A DNA stretch of 64,000 bases, taken from contig NDHY01000003.1 in NCBI GenBank assembly GCA_003574845.1, positions 646 through 64,645 on the forward strand. Reading direction: 5' to 3'. A program made the translations under genes and the position numbers. Numbering within the stretch: the first letter of the stretch is position 1; the number at the start of each line of letters is the position of its first letter. Below, piece after piece: positions 59,324-64,000 of the stretch. Below the pieces are notes generated by a model, which was not told where the DNA came from, searched no databases, and saw only the letters and a program-made list of their open reading frames with translations. This DNA comes from a candidate division NPL-UPA2 bacterium Unc8 (GTDB lineage Bacteria; NPL-UPA2).

Positions 59324-60541
59324 TCACCTTTTTCTTATGGTCACCGATGCCGCATGGTGATGAAGGCATTCAACCTCTGCCAGCATCAATGTCATCTCTC
59401 CGATCTGGTGCAGTCTCTTCTGGCTGCAAGAAATAACATTTATACTTTTACGAAAATCATCTACTGAGAGTCCGGCTGAAAATTTAGCTGTCCCCCCGGT
59501 TGGCAGAATATGGCTTGGACCCGCTGAGTAATCTCCTAATGCCACCGGACTATAATCGCCAAGAAAGATTGCGCCGCTATTTTTAATTTCTTTTAATATC
59601 TTGCGCGGTTTCTCAACCATTATTTCTAAGTGTTCAGGAGCAATTTCATTTACCATAAAGATACTTTCTTTGAGTGTTCGGGTAACAATGATGTGGAATC
59701 CTTTAGCCTCCTTTTCAACCTCCTGTGCTAAGGCAGGAGAATGAGTTATCAGAATAGCCATTCCCTCGTTGTGCTCTGCCTGAGCTTTCAGGTCAGCAGC
59801 GATGAAGCGAGCATTTGCCGTGGCATCAGTTAGAATAACTACCTCACTCGGTCCGGGGAGAAGGTCAATGCCAACCTTGCCAAATACCTGCCTTTTAGCA
59901 GATATAACAAATTTATTTCCTGGTCCAAATATCTTATCTACTTTTTTTACTCTTTGAGTGCCAAATGCAAAGGCAGCAATTGCCTGAGCGCCGCCAATCC
60001 TATAGACCTCCTTTATACCTAAGAGATGAGCTGCTCCAATTATATACGGGTGTGGCAAGCCTTCTTCTTTAGGAGGAGAGGCAATCGCAATGGAGTTAAC
60101 TCCAGCAGCAATGGCTGGCACGACGGTCATCAAAAGGCTGGAGATGAGTGGTTTTTCCCCTCCAGGAACATAGATTCCCACCCTTTCAAGCGGCTGGTAC
60201 AACTTGCCCAGGAGGAGTCCACTTTTTCTAACAGACCATGATTTTCTCATATCCATCCGCTGAAATTCTTTAATACTTTTTTCTACATCACGGATTACCT
60301 GGCGTAATTTGTGGTCAATTCTTTTAGAAGCAGTGGCAATCTCTTTCTGAGAAAGACGCAGCTCTTCTTCTCTTAGAGACACACCGTCAAACTCCTGAGT
60401 ATATCTGATGAGCGCTTTGTCTCCTTCCTTTGCCACCGCATGAATTATTTTTTTTACTTTTCTATCAACAGTTTCATTAAAGACAGACCTCTCAATGAAT
60501 CCGTCAATTATTTCTTTGTCTTTTCTGGCGCAGAGAATCAT
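59324..60541 (-). CDS. hisD: histidinol dehydrogenase
   Basis: 405 aa. IGGAQAIAAFAFGT and the C-terminal ..PEHLE..SHI metal-binding region. Confidence 0.88.
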   Translation of the reverse strand: MILCARKDKEIIDGFIERSVFNETVDRKVKKIIHAVAKEGDKALIRYTQEFDGVSLREEELRLSQKEIATASKRIDHKLRQVIRDVEKSIKEFQRMDMRKSWSVRKSGLLLGKLYQPLERVGIYVPGGEKPLISSLLMTVVPAIAAGVNSIAIASPPKEEGLPHPYIIGAAHLLGIKEVYRIGGAQAIAAFAFGTQRVKKVDKIFGPGNKFVISAKRQVFGKVGIDLLPGPSEVVILTDATANARFIAADLKAQAEHNEGMAILITHSPALAQEVEKEAKGFHIIVTRTLKESIFMVNEIAPEHLEIMVEKPRKILKEIKNSGAIFLGDYSPVALGDYSAGPSHILPTGGTAKFSAGLSVDDFRKSINVISCSQKRLHQIGEMTLMLAEVECLHHHAASVTIRKR

Positions 60542-61827
60542 TTTTTCTTCTTTCCTGAAGGCTTATCAGTAACTCTTTTAATCTTTGCTCCAAGACTGGA
60601 GAGCTTTTCCTCTATTTTTTCGTAACCACGATCAAGATGATACACTCTGGAAACCTCAGTTTCTCCATCAGCAGCTAAACCGGCAAGAATTAGTGCAGCA
60701 CTTGCTCTCAAATCAGATGCTGTCACTTGAGCACCGCCAAGCTTTTCTACCCCGATGATGGTTGCCCGCGGGCCCTGACGCACAATGTTAGCTCCCATTC
60801 GCAGCAGCTCTCCAACATGAATGAATCTATCAGGATATACCATATCCGCAACGATACTTGTGCCTTTTGCAATACTCATCAGGGACATCATTTGCGCTTG
60901 CATGTCCGTAGGAAATCCCGGGTAAGGCAGAGCAATTACATTTACTGCCTTTAATTCATTTTTTCTTTTTACCTTCAGGCCATCGGGCGCTCTTTCAATT
61001 TTAACTCCTGCTTCTTCAAGCCTGTCTATAACTGCCGTCAGATGTTCATGGCGAGCTCCTTTCAATAGGGTATCCCCGCCACTGATGGCAACGGCAATGA
61101 GGTATGTTCCTGCCTCAATACGATCCGGGATAATAGTGTGTTCCGCTCCTCCGAGTTCTTCCACTCCCTCAATCCGCAAGATGTGTGTTCCCGCTCCGAT
61201 GATTTTTGCTCCCATCGCATTAAGGAAAGCTGCCAGGTCGGCAATCTCTGGCTCACAGGCAGCTCCTTCAATTATTGTCTCTCCTCTGGCGAGTGTTGCT
61301 GCCATCATTACATTTGCTGTCCCCAAGACGGTGGAGCCAAGCGGACCCCCAAGATAGATTTCGTTTCCACGCAAGCCATCTTCAGATTTAGCAATAATGT
61401 AGCCATGTTTCATTTCTATTTGCGCGCCTAATTTTTCTAACCCTTTTAAGTGAAGGTCTATCGGACGAGGTCCAATGACGCAGCCACCTGGATGAGAAAT
61501 CTCTACTTTGCCAAATCTCGCCAGCAGTGGTCCAAGGAGGCAGACGCTCGCTCTCATTTTTCGCACCAGGTCATGGTGAATAAAGGAGCGTTTTATCTTG
61601 TCGCATTTTATAGTAATCTCATCACCAGAGATGATAATGTTCGCCCCTAAGGCTACCAGCAGGTAGCTCATTGTAGTAACGTCCTTTAAGTTAGGAATAT
61701 TTTTAATGACAGAGCTTCCCCTGGTGAGAAGAGTAGCCGCCATAATAGGAAGAGCAGAGTTTTTTGCCCCACTAATTTTGACAGACCCTTTCAGCCTGTT
61801 CCCGCCAGAGATAATAATTTTATCCAT
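60538..61827 (-). CDS. murA: UDP-N-acetylglucosamine 1-carboxyvinyltransferase
   Basis: MDKIIISGGNRLKGSVKISGAKNSALPIMAA N-terminus. 429 aa. Confidence 0.9.
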   Translation of the reverse strand: MDKIIISGGNRLKGSVKISGAKNSALPIMAATLLTRGSSVIKNIPNLKDVTTMSYLLVALGANIIISGDEITIKCDKIKRSFIHHDLVRKMRASVCLLGPLLARFGKVEISHPGGCVIGPRPIDLHLKGLEKLGAQIEMKHGYIIAKSEDGLRGNEIYLGGPLGSTVLGTANVMMAATLARGETIIEGAACEPEIADLAAFLNAMGAKIIGAGTHILRIEGVEELGGAEHTIIPDRIEAGTYLIAVAISGGDTLLKGARHEHLTAVIDRLEEAGVKIERAPDGLKVKRKNELKAVNVIALPYPGFPTDMQAQMMSLMSIAKGTSIVADMVYPDRFIHVGELLRMGANIVRQGPRATIIGVEKLGGAQVTASDLRASAALILAGLAADGETEVSRVYHLDRGYEKIEEKLSSLGAKIKRVTDKPSGKKKK

Positions 61828-62685
61828 TTACTTCTTTTTTGCTATAATCACTCGTTCTATTCCTGCGTAATCATTTACTGTCTCTATCTGCTGATAACTC
61901 CCATTTTCAAAAATAATTTTTCTCACCTTCTCTGCTTGCCCAATTCCTACTTCAAGCGCTAAGTATCCTCCGCTGGAAAGAGCCCCAGATGCCAGATAAA
62001 CTATTGATGGATAAAACTTAACTCCGTCTTTTCCTCCATCAAGTGCCATATGCGGCTCATACTCTCTCACTTCCCGAGGGAGTCCTTTAATGTCATCATG
62101 AGGGACATATGGCGGATTAGAGATGACAAGGTCAAGGTTTTTAGGAAGCTTAAACTCTGATTCTAATATATCTTTACAGATAAATGCTACCGAGTCAACA
62201 TCAAGGAGTTCTTTTGCATTCTCCTTTGCAACATTTAAAGCATGGCAGGAAACATCCAGTGCGTATACCTGGCAGGAAATGGAGGTGGCTAAGCTAATTG
62301 CAATATTTCCACAGCCAGTGCCTATATCAAGGATAGTCGGCAGTCGATAGTCAATAGTCGATAGTCGCTCTATAGCCGTTTCCACCAATATTTCTGTCTC
62401 CGGGCGTGGAATCATAACATTTTCATTTACTATAAACGGGAGGGAAGAAAACCAGGTTTTACCTGTCACATACTGGGGTGGAACATACCTTGCCCGTTCC
62501 CTGATGAAACAAAAGAAAGAAAATAGCTCCTTAGTAGAAAGCGAGATGTTATGATTAAGATAAAGGCTGCTCCTTGAACAGTTGAGCAGGTCAAGAAGTA
62601 AATACTCTGCCCCTTCCCTGGCGTTCTCAATTCCATGCTCGTGGAGGTATTTTGTTCCCCATTCTAACGCTTTACTGAGCTCCAT
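61828..62685 (-). CDS. prmC: release factor glutamine N5-methyltransferase
   Basis: ILDIGTGCGNIAISLA SAM motif and NPPY catalytic motif. Confidence 0.85.
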   Translation of the reverse strand: MELSKALEWGTKYLHEHGIENAREGAEYLLLDLLNCSRSSLYLNHNISLSTKELFSFFCFIRERARYVPPQYVTGKTWFSSLPFIVNENVMIPRPETEILVETAIERLSTIDYRLPTILDIGTGCGNIAISLATSISCQVYALDVSCHALNVAKENAKELLDVDSVAFICKDILESEFKLPKNLDLVISNPPYVPHDDIKGLPREVREYEPHMALDGGKDGVKFYPSIVYLASGALSSGGYLALEVGIGQAEKVRKIIFENGSYQQIETVNDYAGIERVIIAKKK

Positions 62686-62694
62686 TCCTATCTA

Positions 62695-63747
62695 CTACTT
62701 ACTCAATGAGGATTGGATGCCTGCGAGCAACTTATCCATATCCCCTTTTAATATTTCATCCAGATTGTGGAGAGAAAATCCAGCTCTGTGGTCAGTAATT
62801 CTGTTCTGGAGAAAGTTATAAGTTCTTGTTTTCTCGCTCCTCTCCCCGCTTTTAAGCTGCGATTTTCTCTCATTTGAGGTCTTTTTTTCTGCTTCTTTTC
62901 GGTGGTGGTCAAGTATTCTCGCTCGCAAGACACGCATTGCCTTGGAGCGATTTTTCTGCTGTGACCTCTCATCCTGACACTGAACGACTATTCCGGTAGG
63001 AATATGGGTAATCCTCACTGCAGAATCAGTAACGTTCACATGCTGACCACCAGCACCTGATGCGCGATAAGTATCAATCCTTAAATTATCCGGGCTTATC
63101 TTTACTTCCACATCCTCAGTGGCAGCTTCAAGAAGTATGGCAACGGTAACCGTTGAAGTGTGAGTCCTGCCTTGAGTTTCCGTTGTCGGGACGCGTTGTA
63201 CCCGATGAATCCCTCCTTCATACTGTAACACTTTATAGGATTCATTGCCACTAACGACAAAGATTATTTCTTTAAAGCCGCCAACCTCGGTGGGATGACT
63301 GCCCATCATCTCTATAGTCCATCCTCTTCTCTCTGCATAACGGGTATACATCTGAAATAAATCAGCAGCAAAGAGGCTTGCCTCATTTCCTCCGACTCCG
63401 GCTCTTATCTCCACAATGGCACTTCTTTTTTCATCATTATGCCCCGGTTCCATGAGAGATCGCAATTCTTCTTCCATCTTCACTCTCTGTTGCTGTAGAT
63501 TCTCAAGCTCTTCCGCTGCCAGCTTTGCCAGCTCTCTATCTTTATCTTTCAGAATTGACTTACCTTCGTCAATTGCCTGCAGCACCTTTTCATATCTTTT
63601 AAACTTTTCTACTATTTTCTTTATTTCACCGTATTCCTGCGCCAGACGGCGATATCTATCTCTATCTTCAATTACTTCAGGAGAGGAAAGAAGCAAAGAC
63701 AGTTGATTATGCCTTTCTTTCATTTTTCTAAGATGAGAAAATATCAT
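62695..63747 (-). CDS. prfA: peptide chain release factor 1
   Basis: GGQ motif ([15 protein letters not shown]). PxT-type recognition region. 350 aa. Confidence 0.93.
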   Translation of the reverse strand: MIFSHLRKMKERHNQLSLLLSSPEVIEDRDRYRRLAQEYGEIKKIVEKFKRYEKVLQAIDEGKSILKDKDRELAKLAAEELENLQQQRVKMEEELRSLMEPGHNDEKRSAIVEIRAGVGGNEASLFAADLFQMYTRYAERRGWTIEMMGSHPTEVGGFKEIIFVVSGNESYKVLQYEGGIHRVQRVPTTETQGRTHTSTVTVAILLEAATEDVEVKISPDNLRIDTYRASGAGGQHVNVTDSAVRITHIPTGIVVQCQDERSQQKNRSKAMRVLRARILDHHRKEAEKKTSNERKSQLKSGERSEKTRTYNFLQNRITDHRAGFSLHNLDEILKGDMDKLLAGIQSSLSK

Positions 63748-63941
63748 AGATTGTATCGCTTACGGAATCTTTCTACCTGACCAGCGCTATCCACTAATTT
63801 TTGTTTCCCTGTAAAGAAAGGATGGCACTTAGAGCATATTTCTATTTTGATGCTCTTTTTTGTAGAGCGAGTGTGAATGACTTCGCCACAAGCACAGGTG
63901 ATAACTGCTTCCCCATAAGGTGGGTGAATACCTTTCTTCAT
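63744..63941 (-). CDS. rpmE: 50S ribosomal protein L31
   Basis: [13 protein letters not shown]...[10 protein letters not shown], zinc-binding L31. 65 aa. Confidence 0.9.
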   Translation of the reverse strand: MKKGIHPPYGEAVITCACGEVIHTRSTKKSIKIEICSKCHPFFTGKQKLVDSAGQVERFRKRYNL

Positions 63942-64000
63942 ATCAAATTCCTCCTGAACCCTTTAACCCTTTTCAAAATAGTGCACCAGTCACTAATTTC

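Noticed and set aside
62330-62365. agtcgatagtcaatagtcgatagtcgc mini-repeat
   Set aside because: Inside the prmC coding sequence, with the frame maintained.

Overview
This 64 kb window is low-GC bacterial chromosome with an anaerobe-type gene set (class III ribonucleotide reductase nrdDG, an Rnf complex, 4-hydroxybutyryl-CoA dehydratase, glycyl-radical enzyme chemistry). Most of it is housekeeping backbone, and genes are tightly packed, often overlapping by 1-4 nt.

Backbone genes I can support:
- leuB-like dehydrogenase and asd
- greA, tsaC/sua5, nrdR-nrdD-grx-nrdG
- a TolC/MFP/RND efflux operon
- ispE-spoVG, hisG, rnfCDGEA-xerD, rho, coaE, rarA
- pcm-surE, hisDBA, murA, prmC, prfA, rpmE
- five tRNAs: Pro-GGG, Ser-CGA, Arg-TCT, Pro-CGG, plus the first Pro upstream of an islet

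Features that the backbone does not explain:
1. A previously unrecognised family of composite AT-rich intergenic repeat elements at five loci, built from shared modules: an 'aacagtca' head, a 'caccaggcaccag' core, tandem heptamers and a 'tgtgcctttgtgcc..ctgtgtc' tail. Two inverted copies bracket a small islet (GNAT, nucleotidyltransferase plus 66-aa partner) sitting right after tRNA-Pro. Two direct copies bracket a B12-radical-SAM gene.
2. A gene-decay locus at 47.9-55.2 kb. It holds a glycyl-radical enzyme with an internal deletion of about 185 codons and a lost catalytic Glu, next to an intact activase. It also holds a homopolymer-frameshifted crotonase and thiolase, a truncated DUF35 partner gene, and an IS481-like transposase with an in-frame amber codon, all abutting tRNA-Arg.
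3. A 0.9 kb GC-anomalous non-coding island with a near-consensus orphan promoter and a 10-bp hairpin. It lies beside an overlapping rarA plus Cas4-like Fe-S PD-(D/E)xK nuclease pair.
4. A co-oriented MarR, SPASM-type radical SAM, TetR-remnant, TolC-MFP-RND cluster.
5. SpoVG carrying an inserted CxxC...CxxC zinc ribbon.
6. A macro-NUDIX fusion protein.
7. An Rnf operon that lacks rnfB and ends in xerD.

No CRISPR array and no rRNA were seen.
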